From the sequence record NC_070980.1: a stretch of 64,000 nucleotides of DNA; one strand, written 5' to 3'. The DNA is from Escherichia phage vB_EcoP_SU7. This document shows positions 30,955-39,909 of this stretch, piece by piece. Both the position numbers and the translations under genes were made by a program. The first letter of the stretch is position 1, and each line of letters begins with the position of its first letter. Below the pieces are notes generated by a model, which saw nothing but the letters and a program-made list of their open reading frames with translations, did no database searches and was not told where the DNA came from.

Positions 30955-31321
30955 CGTTTTCCTCTTTAGTCTTAATCTTATGGCAAGACTCTTTACATAA
31001 GACTTGAAAACCATCTTTCTCAACTAAAGCCCTCTCGATGATTTCATCCCAAGTAGCTTCATGGTCCACTGGAACAATAGGCTCGATGTGGTCGACAGCC
31101 ACCTCTTTCAGAGGAGAGTCATTACCGCACATGGCACACTTGTAGTGCATTGCCAGCTTGCCAGTCTTAGGGTTGATTTTACGTTCTGTCTGAGCTTCTT
31201 TGAGAGCATCAAACATAGGCTTCCACTTTCTAGTCAGAGAACGAATCCCTGACTTAATGAAGGAGTTATAACGTGCTTCAGTCCACTGACCAGAGCATCT
31301 TGTCTTCTCAGCTTTCGCCAT
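30917..31321 (-). CDS. HNH endonuclease
   Basis: CAMCG...VDHIEPI...LCKESCHKIK HNH/Zn motif. Confidence 0.7.
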   Translation of the reverse strand: MAKAEKTRCSGQWTEARYNSFIKSGIRSLTRKWKPMFDALKEAQTERKINPKTGKLAMHYKCAMCGNDSPLKEVAVDHIEPIVPVDHEATWDEIIERALVEKDGFQVLCKESCHKIKTKEENDARREFKKSRDS

Positions 31322-31499
31322 AACCTACATCCATATCAGCGTCTTCCCAAATGCGTTTATTGACTCGGTGTGATTCTTTATCAGCACGAGGGATACGACC
31401 TGTGCGACGATCAAATGCTTGGTGCTTAATCTTTTGATCTTTACGAGATTCACGAGTAGAGGAGTTTTCATCATACGAACGATAGTCAAATTTACCCAT
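31308..31499 (-). CDS. Hypothetical small basic protein
   Basis: 63-aa ORF, no motif. Confidence 0.3.
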   Translation of the reverse strand: MGKFDYRSYDENSSTRESRKDQKIKHQAFDRRTGRIPRADKESHRVNKRIWEDADMDVGYGES

Positions 31500-31512
31500 T
31501 ATAATATCCTTA

Positions 31513-32355
31513 TTACCAAGTTTTATCTAACCATGACCAATCAAAGAGGTCACCTTCAGCTTGTCCAACGAAGAGCAATCGAGCATTTTCTAACATCTTA
31601 GCTTCTGCTTCTTCCTCGAACCTTTTATAGTATTCCATTCGTATAATATGATAAAGAGTCCACTTATCGAATACCTTCTCAATAAGTTTGATTGCAGCCT
31701 TACTACCAATGCCTTTACGACGCATTACTAGATTGCCACCCCACATCATTTCAACCTTCTCACCACATCCGGGAATGTTATCTGTGCTATCCCCGATCAG
31801 CATTTGGTAGAAGAAGTTCTGCCATGCTACTTCCTCTGATACATAATGAGGGGGTACTTCTTTCTGTCTCTCCCCGCAAGCCCAACGGTAATGCCATCCG
31901 GGGGTGATTAACAAATCTTTATCACGGGTGCAAATGATAGTGTTCTTATCACGTCTCTGTCTTTCAGCTAAGGCATCATCTGCCTCTCTCCCAAAAACTT
32001 CTACGTATTCGTAATTCTCTTTAATGTAGTCACTAACATTTTGCCAGTGGTGAGGTCTTTCTCCCGGTGGTCGATTAGCTTTATAGCCTTGCTGCTTAGC
32101 AATATCAAACCGAAAATTACCACCTTCGCTGAAGTAAAAGATTGTTTTCTCGCAACCAGACCTTGCAATGATTACATCTATTTTATGTTGAAGTCGTTCA
32201 ATCAAGAATCCATAATCAACTGGAACACGACCTGTGTCTAGAAAAGGATGCTCTTGTGTAAGAGCACCGACTTCATATCGCAGAACATCTCCGTCCACAA
32301 TTGCTACTTCAGGATAGATTACATCAGACATAGAGACCTCTCCGTGTCTCTTCAA
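31513..32355 (-). CDS. 5'-3' exonuclease / flap endonuclease (T7 gp6-like)
   Basis: GDSTDNIPGCGEK helix-hairpin-helix/metal-binding signature of the FEN family. Confidence 0.7.
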   Translation of the reverse strand: MKRHGEVSMSDVIYPEVAIVDGDVLRYEVGALTQEHPFLDTGRVPVDYGFLIERLQHKIDVIIARSGCEKTIFYFSEGGNFRFDIAKQQGYKANRPPGERPHHWQNVSDYIKENYEYVEVFGREADDALAERQRRDKNTIICTRDKDLLITPGWHYRWACGERQKEVPPHYVSEEVAWQNFFYQMLIGDSTDNIPGCGEKVEMMWGGNLVMRRKGIGSKAAIKLIEKVFDKWTLYHIIRMEYYKRFEEEAEAKMLENARLLFVGQAEGDLFDWSWLDKTW

Positions 32356-32920
32356 TAATCCACTCTAAATCCTCAACTGCCTCTTCTACAGAACGGTCAT
32401 TAAAGAGGAGGTAGGTTGGTAGGTTTGTTCCTTCAATATAAGAACGGGAGTCCCCTTCAAAGGAGCAGCCATCGCGGAGAACCTGAACCACTCGAACATG
32501 GAAGTGTTTCTCTAGTTCTTCAACTTCTGCTTTAAAACCACCATCAGAGAAGACGATAACATCATTCTGTGATGGGATATGTTGTTGGATACTGCTAACA
32601 GCAAGTTTACCCATGCAGGTCTCACCAAACATAGGCTTCAGGTAATTCTCGCTAGTTGCAATCATCAAGTCTCGAACTGACTTACCGCCCCATTCAGGAC
32701 GGACAAGTTCTTTCCACTCACGGTCGTTGTACAGCTCCATGAACTCGTAAAGAGGTAGACCTAATGCAGCAGCAGCCACTCGATACATAGGCTCCTTAAA
32801 AGCCCTTACATGCGGCCTAAACTCAGTGTTACCAGTGGTCTTCTCTAACCAAGCACTGGCGATTGTATCTTTACCGCAACCCGGAGGTCCATTTAGAATT
32901 ACTACTAATGGTTTACTCAT
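32324..32920 (-). CDS. P-loop nucleotide/nucleic-acid kinase (possibly dNMP kinase)
   Basis: Walker A LNGPPGCGKDT at the N-terminus; substrate not determinable from sequence. Confidence 0.5.
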   Translation of the reverse strand: MSKPLVVILNGPPGCGKDTIASAWLEKTTGNTEFRPHVRAFKEPMYRVAAAALGLPLYEFMELYNDREWKELVRPEWGGKSVRDLMIATSENYLKPMFGETCMGKLAVSSIQQHIPSQNDVIVFSDGGFKAEVEELEKHFHVRVVQVLRDGCSFEGDSRSYIEGTNLPTYLLFNDRSVEEAVEDLEWIIEETRRGLYV

Positions 32921-33570
32921 TATTGAATCATCCCTTGAAGATCTTCTTTATCAAAGTGCTTCTCTACTACCGCTTCATACAGATCACGATTCTCCGAATA
33001 ACGGCGATAGAAGGTTCCGTGTGAAATTCCCAGCTCTTGCTGGATGTGATCATGAGGTATACCGAGGAAGAGCATTGAGAACATACTTGCCATCTTGCGG
33101 TTTTCCATAATATCACTTAGGTCCTGGAAGAAGAAAAAGATTCTAGATTCCAAGAATGGGTCTCCAGTAGAATCATGCTTATCCATAGCAATCTCTAAAG
33201 GACTTTCCCATGAATTCATCTCGGGAGGTCTAAACATATCAGCCTCTGGAATAGAATAGATACGTCTGTCTCCAACTGTCTGACGATTAGAACGAATCGA
33301 CCAGATGATATTCTTCACACGATAAGTCATGTGTTCAATATCTTTTTCATCGGTAAGCAATAGTTCTTCTTGCTTTGCAAATACAAAACGCCAAGAGTTC
33401 AGTAACACTTCCTGAGCAACATCCTCTGCTTCGTGATAATCTTTAATGTCGTACATAAAATACTTATGCACAACTTTCCAATTCTCTCGATAGAATTCAT
33501 CGAAGGTTGGGTAGTACTTAATAGGTATGCCATGAATACGATAGCGTGTGGGTGTTGTCTTTTTCTTCAT
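32920..33570 (-). CDS. Phage-encoded sigma factor (ECF/sigma-70 family-like)
   Basis: Region-2-like [13 protein letters not shown] and C-terminal HTH-like segment [12 protein letters not shown]. Confidence 0.55.
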   Translation of the reverse strand: MKKKTTPTRYRIHGIPIKYYPTFDEFYRENWKVVHKYFMYDIKDYHEAEDVAQEVLLNSWRFVFAKQEELLLTDEKDIEHMTYRVKNIIWSIRSNRQTVGDRRIYSIPEADMFRPPEMNSWESPLEIAMDKHDSTGDPFLESRIFFFFQDLSDIMENRKMASMFSMLFLGIPHDHIQQELGISHGTFYRRYSENRDLYEAVVEKHFDKEDLQGMIQ

Positions 33571-33594
33571 AAGTCATCCTTAACTTACTTTACA

Positions 33595-33819
33595 TTAAAC
33601 TACACAGAATAAATACATTGCTGTTTCAGGGGAAGGTATGTGGTCACTAGGATATCTAACCCTAATCCACTCATCATCTTCTGCTACATAATAAGCCCAA
33701 TAAGACCCATTTTCATTAATAAAGAACTTGAAGGTACAACCAAAGATTTGGTTATTGTGTTCCCATACTGCATGAAACTGAGTAACACCTTCTGGTATTG
33801 TAAGTTCCGCTCTGATCAT
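33595..33819 (-). CDS. Hypothetical protein
   Basis: 74-aa ORF, no motif. Confidence 0.35.
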   Translation of the reverse strand: MIRAELTIPEGVTQFHAVWEHNNQIFGCTFKFFINENGSYWAYYVAEDDEWIRVRYPSDHIPSPETAMYLFCVV

Positions 33820-34082
33820 TGTATTCCTCTCTCCTTTAGAGCTTTAAGCAAACCGTTGTGGTTAGCGGCACAGGTTGTATAAGTGTCCTGATACCACTCG
33901 AGTGTTGTTGCAAGTGCTACTCCCTGTCCACTCTGAAGTAAAGGGAGGTCTACATCACATTCAGCTTTTAGGTTTGTTGGTAAGGGCATTAGCTGCCTGC
34001 TGTTGTCGCTCGTTGAACAAGCCATCAAACTAGAAGCGAGAAAAATCACCAAACAACTCTTTTGCTTTTTCTTTGTAAGCAT
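33816..34082 (-). CDS. Putative o-spanin (outer-membrane lipoprotein)
   Basis: Signal peptide with lipobox-like LMAC, Pro-rich mature region, conserved Cys; start overlaps the 3' end of the HNH gene. Confidence 0.4.
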   Translation of the reverse strand: MLTKKKQKSCLVIFLASSLMACSTSDNSRQLMPLPTNLKAECDVDLPLLQSGQGVALATTLEWYQDTYTTCAANHNGLLKALKERGIQ

Positions 34083-34416
34083 TTTCTGCACCCTCTTGAG
34101 TGCTGTGATAACCAAGCCAAATTACTTTGTTTTGATATCCGATGCGAGCACTCCATTTGTTAATATCCGACCTGTACCCTACACCTTTTATTCCAGTTAA
34201 AGAGTTCTTTTGAACTATTTTGTTGGCATTATTAAGGACAGGTGTTGCTCTTCTTAGATTGCTCCAAGAATTATTAGATTTGTCTAAATCTTTATGGTCT
34301 ATTTGAAAATCAGGAATCTCTCCAGTTTTGATATACCAAGCAATTCTATGAGCTTTGTACTGTTTATATTGATAGGTAATCACTGTATAGCCATCTGTGG
34401 CTTTACAACCTGCCAC
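34030..34416 (-). CDS. HNH-AP2 homing endonuclease
   Basis: HNH_3-type motif HRIAWYIKTGEIPDFQIDHKDLDKSNNSWSNLR plus C-terminal AP2-like DNA-binding domain. Confidence 0.7.
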   Translation of the reverse strand: MAGCKATDGYTVITYQYKQYKAHRIAWYIKTGEIPDFQIDHKDLDKSNNSWSNLRRATPVLNNANKIVQKNSLTGIKGVGYRSDINKWSARIGYQNKVIWLGYHSTQEGAENAYKEKAKELFGDFSRF

Positions 34417-34511
34417 CTTTCCAGCGAATCTTGAATTCCACTGAGCGCTCTTATCCTCAGAATGTTTCCAGTAGAGAAGACCAGAAACCTCATCGTAAGA
34501 TAGATATTTAA

Positions 34512-34853
34512 CTAATTCTTTAATTTCAGTGCCTCCGCTGCTTGTTGCTGTCGTTCATTGAAAAGTCCTACATACTCATCACTAGCACACACATTGTAAA
34601 AAACTGGCTTAGTCTTTTCATAATGCATCTCTTTGTAAATAGTTTCCGTGTTCTTCTTCCAGTTAGATAAACCAGTCAGAACTTTCTGAGCCACTTCATC
34701 AGCAGCCTTAGCTCTCTCAACCTCAATCTCTTGCTGTTTCTTCTCATGGTCAAGAGCATTACTATTACTTCTGTATTGCTCAAACTTGACACCACCAAAG
34801 AAAATAATAGCTGTGAAAATAAGAAAGCCTATATTGTTTTGAAGCTTTTCCAT
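34512..34853 (-). CDS. Putative i-spanin (type II membrane protein with coiled coil)
   Basis: ATG 34853 with GGAG SD; N-terminal TM helix then charged coiled coil; C-terminal about 20 aa duplicated, recoded, at 33961-34020. Confidence 0.4.
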   Translation of the reverse strand: MEKLQNNIGFLIFTAIIFFGGVKFEQYRSNSNALDHEKKQQEIEVERAKAADEVAQKVLTGLSNWKKNTETIYKEMHYEKTKPVFYNVCASDEYVGLFNERQQQAAEALKLKN

Positions 34854-34865
34854 TTTAACTCCAAC

Positions 34866-34888
34866 GAAAAAAGCCACCCGAAGGTGGC
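34866..34888 (-). terminator. Rho-independent terminator (UUCG tetraloop)
   Basis: On the minus strand GCCACC-UUCG-GGUGGC followed by UUUUUU, just downstream of the SSB stop. Confidence 0.75.
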
Positions 34889-34912
34889 TAAGCTATTACA
34901 AGGAGAGATTCA

Positions 34913-35653
34913 TTAGAAAGGGCTGTCATCTTCTTCAAAGGTAGACTGCGGCTCTTCGTTAATAGTAGGGATACTTGGAGTAGCATCTTTCTGTTCAATA
35001 TCAGAAGCTTTAGTAACTTCACGACCAGCCAGAGGGATGTTCTTAGCATCATTAGCTTGGGTCAGAAGATTACGTTGGAATGGGAAGATTGCTTGATAAG
35101 CAGCCAAGTTAGCATCAGTCTCAGCATATGGTTCGAAGAAGATCAACTCACTACGAGGGGCACCTACAGAATCACGATATTTGGTAGGGATTGGAGTGAT
35201 ACTCTTAATGGAGTTTTTCTTCTCACCAGCTTTGTTTACATAGGAATTAACCAGAATGTTAACAGGCTGACCTAGCAGCATATCTTTAAACCAACCCAAA
35301 TCACCTTTCAGTGCTTGAACACTTGGGTCGATCATTTTGATCAGATTCAGAATACCAGAGTTCTTAGCTCGTGGGTTTACGTCGAAAGTTTTAAACTGGC
35401 AAGCAGGACGAGGGTCCAGAGGTTTGCCTTCATTATCAGTCCCTGTTGCATCCACGCCAATCAGTTCAAAAGCCAAGTCCATACGGAAAGCTGGGTTCTT
35501 AGGAGTAACTGCTTTAGTCTTAGGGTCAATCCAAGGGTCACGATTGTGAACACCTAAACCTACAACACGAACAATACGTGCTTCGTACTCACCATCAGGG
35601 ATTACATCGTAGTTGGATTTACGGGATACAGACAGTTCAGGGATCATAGACAT
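34913..35653 (-). CDS. ssDNA-binding protein (T7 gp2.5-like)
   Basis: About 246 aa with acidic C-terminal tail ending ...FEEDDSPF (terminal Phe), sitting with the replication genes. Confidence 0.6.
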   Translation of the reverse strand: MSMIPELSVSRKSNYDVIPDGEYEARIVRVVGLGVHNRDPWIDPKTKAVTPKNPAFRMDLAFELIGVDATGTDNEGKPLDPRPACQFKTFDVNPRAKNSGILNLIKMIDPSVQALKGDLGWFKDMLLGQPVNILVNSYVNKAGEKKNSIKSITPIPTKYRDSVGAPRSELIFFEPYAETDANLAAYQAIFPFQRNLLTQANDAKNIPLAGREVTKASDIEQKDATPSIPTINEEPQSTFEEDDSPF

Positions 35654-36068
35654 ATTAATATTTCCTTATATAAATTTAAGATTGTTGCTCTCTTTGAGCG
35701 GTTTGTATACTATATACATTACACTTATACAGATAAGGTTCTATTATACTATAACCTTTTTGGTAGTAGATAATGACAAGTAGTAATGTATATATGGTAT
35801 AGCTAGTAAAGCTATTGCAGGCTTGTATATTGGGCAATCATTGTAACCCTTGCAAGTACCGAAGGGCAGGAGACACCTGCGAGATAAAAATAGAGAATTA
35901 AGGAAATCCTTGATTTAGGTTGTAGGGACTCCTAGGGACTTTGATTCTCTATTTAAAAGAATATTAATTACTTACTACCTAAATAATTAACTAACTTACT
36001 TAAACCAAACTCAAGAATAATAGATAAAAAGATTATTCCTAAGAAAGCTAAAAAGTAAAGGATATAAG
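35654..36068. promoter_or_regulatory. Long AT-rich intergenic region (candidate promoter/origin region)
   Basis: 415 bp without ORFs upstream of SSB; direct repeat TAGGGACTCC-TAGGGACTTT around 35921-35940; TTGCAA palindrome. Confidence 0.4.
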
Positions 36069-36233
36069 TTACCATTCAAGTAAACCTTTAAAGTTAGTTT
36101 GTTCTACTATCCTCTGATAACGAAGATTAGAATCAGCTTGTTTCTTTAACATCTCATTATATTTATCTCTGATAGGGTCTTTATAAACTACAGGTTCTTT
36201 AAATAACGAGATCTTGTTCTTTTCTTCTTTCAT
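36069..36233 (-). CDS. Hypothetical small protein
   Basis: Track ORF trimmed to internal Met (MKEEKNK...). Confidence 0.3.
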   Translation of the reverse strand: MKEEKNKISLFKEPVVYKDPIRDKYNEMLKKQADSNLRYQRIVEQTNFKGLLEW

Positions 36234-36720
36234 CGAAAACCTTCCTAATCTCTTGCAGAGAAACAGCTTTATAATTAATTTGCTCCATTGATGTACAGAA
36301 ATATCTCCAATCATCAATTACATGATTATGGGTATGAGCATAAATATTAAACTTCCCTCTCATTTCATCAGTGTGAATAGGAATATGAGTTACCCAAAAC
36401 TCTTTATATTTATAATCACCAGAGATTCTACGGAAGACTTTCATCATATCAGGGAGAAGTTCTAACCTGTCATGGTTTCCTAAGACTAGATGCTTCTCTC
36501 CTTTTACTTCAGCGATGATATCAAGGGCATACTTTTCAAACACCCAATCACCGGTAAAGAAAGTTTTATCACGTTTAGTAACATGGTCAAACGCTGCTAA
36601 GATAGCTTTGTCGTGTTCTTCAATACTACTAAACCTCTTCCTAAAGCTACAGATGTTACGATGGCCTAGGTGACCATCACCTGCAAAATAAACTTCAGCC
36701 ATTCTCGTATGTGTCCTCAT
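36199..36720 (-). CDS. Calcineurin-like metallophosphoesterase
   Basis: Motifs GDGHLGH, LVLGNHD and HTHNH in order. Confidence 0.6.
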   Translation of the reverse strand: MRTHTRMAEVYFAGDGHLGHRNICSFRKRFSSIEEHDKAILAAFDHVTKRDKTFFTGDWVFEKYALDIIAEVKGEKHLVLGNHDRLELLPDMMKVFRRISGDYKYKEFWVTHIPIHTDEMRGKFNIYAHTHNHVIDDWRYFCTSMEQINYKAVSLQEIRKVFDERRKEQDLVI

Positions 36721-36845
36721 AATATGAGTAGTTGAAGGATTCAGCTTTCGTTTCAGCCTCCTCCATATCGTCTGTTTCCAGAATCACTCTCCAGCCAGAA
36801 CCGTTAGGATATTCAGCTCCCTCATCTAGCCAGACTTTGTATCGT

Positions 36846-37049
36846 TTAGATTGTGCAACCATCGCAGATGTAATCTCCGCTTAGAGACTCTTGCAAGAGC
36901 CGGGATTGTTCATCTGATACCAACTTGTCAACCTCTTCTTTCAGAGCCATAAGATCAACAAAGGTTAGTAGCTCGTGTCGGTCAGCAATCACTTGGTATT
37001 TGTAGTCATTAATATGTGGTGCGCTTTGTACGACGTAAATATTAGACAT
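36846..37049 (-). CDS. Hypothetical small protein
   Basis: 67-aa ORF in a run of tightly packed small minus-strand ORFs. Confidence 0.3.
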   Translation of the reverse strand: MSNIYVVQSAPHINDYKYQVIADRHELLTFVDLMALKEEVDKLVSDEQSRLLQESLSGDYICDGCTI

Positions 37050-37273
37050 TATAAGATCTCCCTTTGTTTAGCGTTAATGACTGACATTGCTGTGATTGGG
37101 TTGTTTGTTCCAAGATATTCCAGAACAGGGACACCCTTAGTCGGTTTATCAGCCTCTGTGTAATTCTTAACCTTGCCACCAAGAACCGCTAGAGAAGCCT
37201 GAGCTTCCGCTTCATCATAGTGAATTCGGTCAACTGTTTTCTTTCCAATCCTATAAGTGTGAACGTAAATCAT
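37049..37273 (-). CDS. Hypothetical small protein
   Basis: 74-aa ORF, coupled to neighbours. Confidence 0.3.
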   Translation of the reverse strand: MIYVHTYRIGKKTVDRIHYDEAEAQASLAVLGGKVKNYTEADKPTKGVPVLEYLGTNNPITAMSVINAKQREIL

Positions 37274-37476
37274 TTAACTTCCTCAATATCAACTAATTCA
37301 AAACTTCCTATTTCTTCAAGCTTAATAATCTCTTTAACCTTCTCAACAGCTTTAATAGGGTTTTCTTCTTCTACAACTTTACACCCTGATACTTCAAGAC
37401 TGCCTGTTCCACGAAGGTATAAATTCAACTTATAAACTACTTTGTAGTATTTCATCGTGCTCCCAATTTCTTTCAT
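37270..37476 (-). CDS. Hypothetical small protein
   Basis: 68-aa ORF. Confidence 0.3.
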   Translation of the reverse strand: MKEIGSTMKYYKVVYKLNLYLRGTGSLEVSGCKVVEEENPIKAVEKVKEIIKLEEIGSFELVDIEEVK

Positions 37477-37645
37477 AATATCCAGAGTTGTAGTTTAGGG
37501 CGCATTTCTCGGCCTCTTCTATGTCGTCTGTGTTTAGGATATTAACCCAACCACCAACTTCATCAAAACCCTCTTCTACCTCATTGAACCACACGCTGTA
37601 TTTCTTCATCTTGATAAGACCCTTCCCCAATCCTTGATGTAACAT
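37430..37645 (-). CDS. Hypothetical small protein
   Basis: 71-aa ORF. Confidence 0.3.
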   Translation of the reverse strand: MLHQGLGKGLIKMKKYSVWFNEVEEGFDEVGGWVNILNTDDIEEAEKCALNYNSGYYERNWEHDEILQSSL

Positions 37646-37781
37646 CGACCATCAACCCACTTGGTCTCTGATTTAAACTCTTGAGAGATTCTTGTTTCAC
37701 AGTCTTCTTTACTGTAATCACCAAGAGCATCCATCACCCAAAGAAACAGAGCAATTACAATAGACCAGATTAGAAACTTCT

Positions 37782-38174
37782 TCATCGTATCACCAGAGGC
37801 TCTTCAGAGTACACAGGAGAGGTTATTTCTACCGGAGGTGCTGCTCTAAGGTCATTAAGCCTTACGCCCTTCAGCATACCATCTAGGTGGTCCATTTTAG
37901 GGATACCTACAGGGAAGTCATCAATCCAAACATCCACAAAGAAACCCAAGCTCTGAGTGACGGAATCCTTCTGAACACCATTGCAAAAGATAACAGGAAT
38001 ATCTAGACTTGCTGCATCTGCTAGAAGCTCCTCATTTGAATACCCATTAGGTTGAGCAAAACGATAGGTGACAATACGTACATCATGTCCACGAGATTTC
38101 ATAAGACCTACAATGTGGGTCCACATCTCTTTGTCCACTGTAAAAGTGTCATCATAATCTAAACCAATATTCAT
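37782..38174 (-). CDS. Putative HAD-like phosphatase
   Basis: N-terminal IGLDYDDTFT fits HAD motif I (DxDxT); short protein, weak call. Confidence 0.35.
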   Translation of the reverse strand: MNIGLDYDDTFTVDKEMWTHIVGLMKSRGHDVRIVTYRFAQPNGYSNEELLADAASLDIPVIFCNGVQKDSVTQSLGFFVDVWIDDFPVGIPKMDHLDGMLKGVRLNDLRAAPPVEITSPVYSEEPLVIR

Positions 38175-38190
38175 ATTAGCCTCTTAGACA

Positions 38191-38212
38191 AGAAAAGCCA
38201 CCCGAAGGTAGC
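38191..38212 (-). terminator. Terminator-like hairpin (same family as 34866-34888)
   Basis: Minus strand GCUACC-UUCG-GGUGGC followed by UUUUCUU. Confidence 0.5.
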
Positions 38213-38458
38213 TTATTTATTCTGTGTTTCCAGTTCGCTGATACGAACTTTCAAACCGTTAATCTCAGCCTGAGCAGCTTCTAGTTTAATTAGAGCTTCT
38301 TCAGCGTCAGCTTCTGTTTGAAGAACCGCAGTGGTTAGTTCGTATAAAGCTTGGCGGAGAGAATCTTTTCCCATAGCATGAATCTGTGCAACAAAGAATT
38401 GCTTACCTTCCGTGGTTTCCAAAGTCTCTTTTAATTCTTTAGATGTTAAAGTCATCAT
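38213..38458 (-). CDS. Hypothetical coiled-coil protein
   Basis: 81-aa helical ORF. Confidence 0.35.
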   Translation of the reverse strand: MMTLTSKELKETLETTEGKQFFVAQIHAMGKDSLRQALYELTTAVLQTEADAEEALIKLEAAQAEINGLKVRISELETQNK

Positions 38459-38838
38459 TACTCCCTTTCATAAATTTTAAGAACTGTACCGCCATCTGCT
38501 TCAATCTGAGCAACTACTTCATCGCGCTCTTCATCAGAATAAACCAGTTGGTTGTGAAATTTGCCTGTACTATCTTGGAAATACACATTCCATTTTGGAG
38601 CAGGTTTACGAATCAAATCCATCATTGATCTCTCTCCTCTCGTTCAACCCATGTATGGAAAAGCTCCCCATACACTTTGGCATCATCAAAACGTCCTTCT
38701 TCCTGTGCGAGTTTTTGTTGCTTCAAGCACCATTCAGAACTTTTTACTTCTTCCACTTCCTTGTCTCCTTAAAAAAGAACTAATCAATAAGACTAGTTCA
38801 TTTCATAATACGATTCAGCTCTTCCACTGAACTAATCA

Positions 38839-39150
38839 CTACTTCTCCACCACAAAGAGGTTAACTTCAATGAAAGTTTCGTATTGTGTTGACTCCTGCT
38901 TACGGGTGTAGTAGAAATGACGACCTTCTAATGCACCTCCGTACTGAGTGGCACATCTTTTAACCATCTCTTTTATCACATCTACAACTGATTCGCCTTT
39001 CCACGGACGTAACCCCTGAGTTGGGACTTTTGCTGTACAGGTTACTTGTGTGTAACCTACATCTTGTAGAGATATCTCAAGAATCAGCTTTGCCCAAGCA
39101 TCAAAATTAAGCTTGGGGTTATATTTAACTTCAGTTTTGATATCAATCAT
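38839..39150 (-). CDS. Hypothetical protein
   Basis: 103-aa ORF whose ATG overlaps the stop of the polymerase C-terminal segment (TAATG). Confidence 0.4.
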   Translation of the reverse strand: MIDIKTEVKYNPKLNFDAWAKLILEISLQDVGYTQVTCTAKVPTQGLRPWKGESVVDVIKEMVKRCATQYGGALEGRHFYYTRKQESTQYETFIEVNLFVVEK

Positions 39151-39302
39151 TAGTGAGTATGATTCCAGTTTAATCCAATCTTACAATCTGATGCAAGAGG
39201 ACATTCCATCTTGAGGTATTCCCCTGCTTTACGAACACATTCTTCAGTGAGGGTACGAAGTTTGTTAACATCATCACGATGTACAGTGAACTGACCTTCA
39301 TC
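39150..39302 (-). CDS. DNA polymerase A C-terminal segment (putative exon 2)
   Basis: Encodes DEGQFTVHRDDVNKL...KIGLNWNHTH*, matching the family A polymerase C-terminus (post-motif-C region and terminal NW..H). Under 60 aa, so absent from the ORF track. Confidence 0.6.
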   Translation of the reverse strand, partial: DEGQFTVHRDDVNKLRTLTEECVRKAGEYLKMECPLASDCKIGLNWNHTH

Positions 39303-39909
39303 CATTCAGTTATTCCCAAATTACTTCGGGTGTCGGACTATATCATAACAGCATAGCTAATTTGCTGTTGTTGGCGCTTCGAGGGTTTCCCTGTTAACCC
39401 CCTACTCCCTTAGGATAGTCTCTACACTTTCCACTTCCGAATCCATCTACAACCGATTCCGAAGCTCACACCAAACTTCTCTGCAAGATGTACACCAGAG
39501 CATTCTGTTTCTAGCCAATAAAGCCTTGCAGCTTCTTGTCTATCTCCATTTCTTCCAGTGTTTGATTCTATTGCATGTTCTGAACCTTCAAGCATTTCTA
39601 AGTGCTCAAGATTGGAACAAGCCCTATTCTTGCATTTGTGATTTATTTCATAACCATCAGGAATAGAACCAAAAGATTCTTCCCAAACATATCTATGATA
39701 CATGACCCATTTGCCATCTATTACTTTTCTGAAATAACCATCTTTGTTAAGTTTGTGTGAGATAGGGATGATACACCCTGTTTCGGTTGTTTCCAAAACA
39801 AGAGTTTTCTTAGCCATATCATCTCCTAATAGCTTAGCTCGGTATTGCCCCCAACTTAATGGTAGGGTTTCACCGAGTTCACCAACTTTTACATGCACAA
39901 TGAAAGTTT
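39303..39909 (-). mobile_element. Intron-like insertion (candidate group I intron) carrying an HNH gene, splitting polA at motif C
   Basis: Upstream segment ends ...ATG CAT (U at the 5' junction); insertion ends ...TGAATG (terminal G); joining gives ...IDMH|DEGQF, restoring an HDE motif C. Core intron structure not verified. Confidence 0.45.
39422..39817 (-). CDS. HNH homing endonuclease (within the polA insertion)
   Basis: ATG 39817 with AGGAG SD; motif YEINHKCKNRACSNLEHLE. Confidence 0.7.
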   Translation of the reverse strand: MAKKTLVLETTETGCIIPISHKLNKDGYFRKVIDGKWVMYHRYVWEESFGSIPDGYEINHKCKNRACSNLEHLEMLEGSEHAIESNTGRNGDRQEAARLYWLETECSGVHLAEKFGVSFGIGCRWIRKWKV

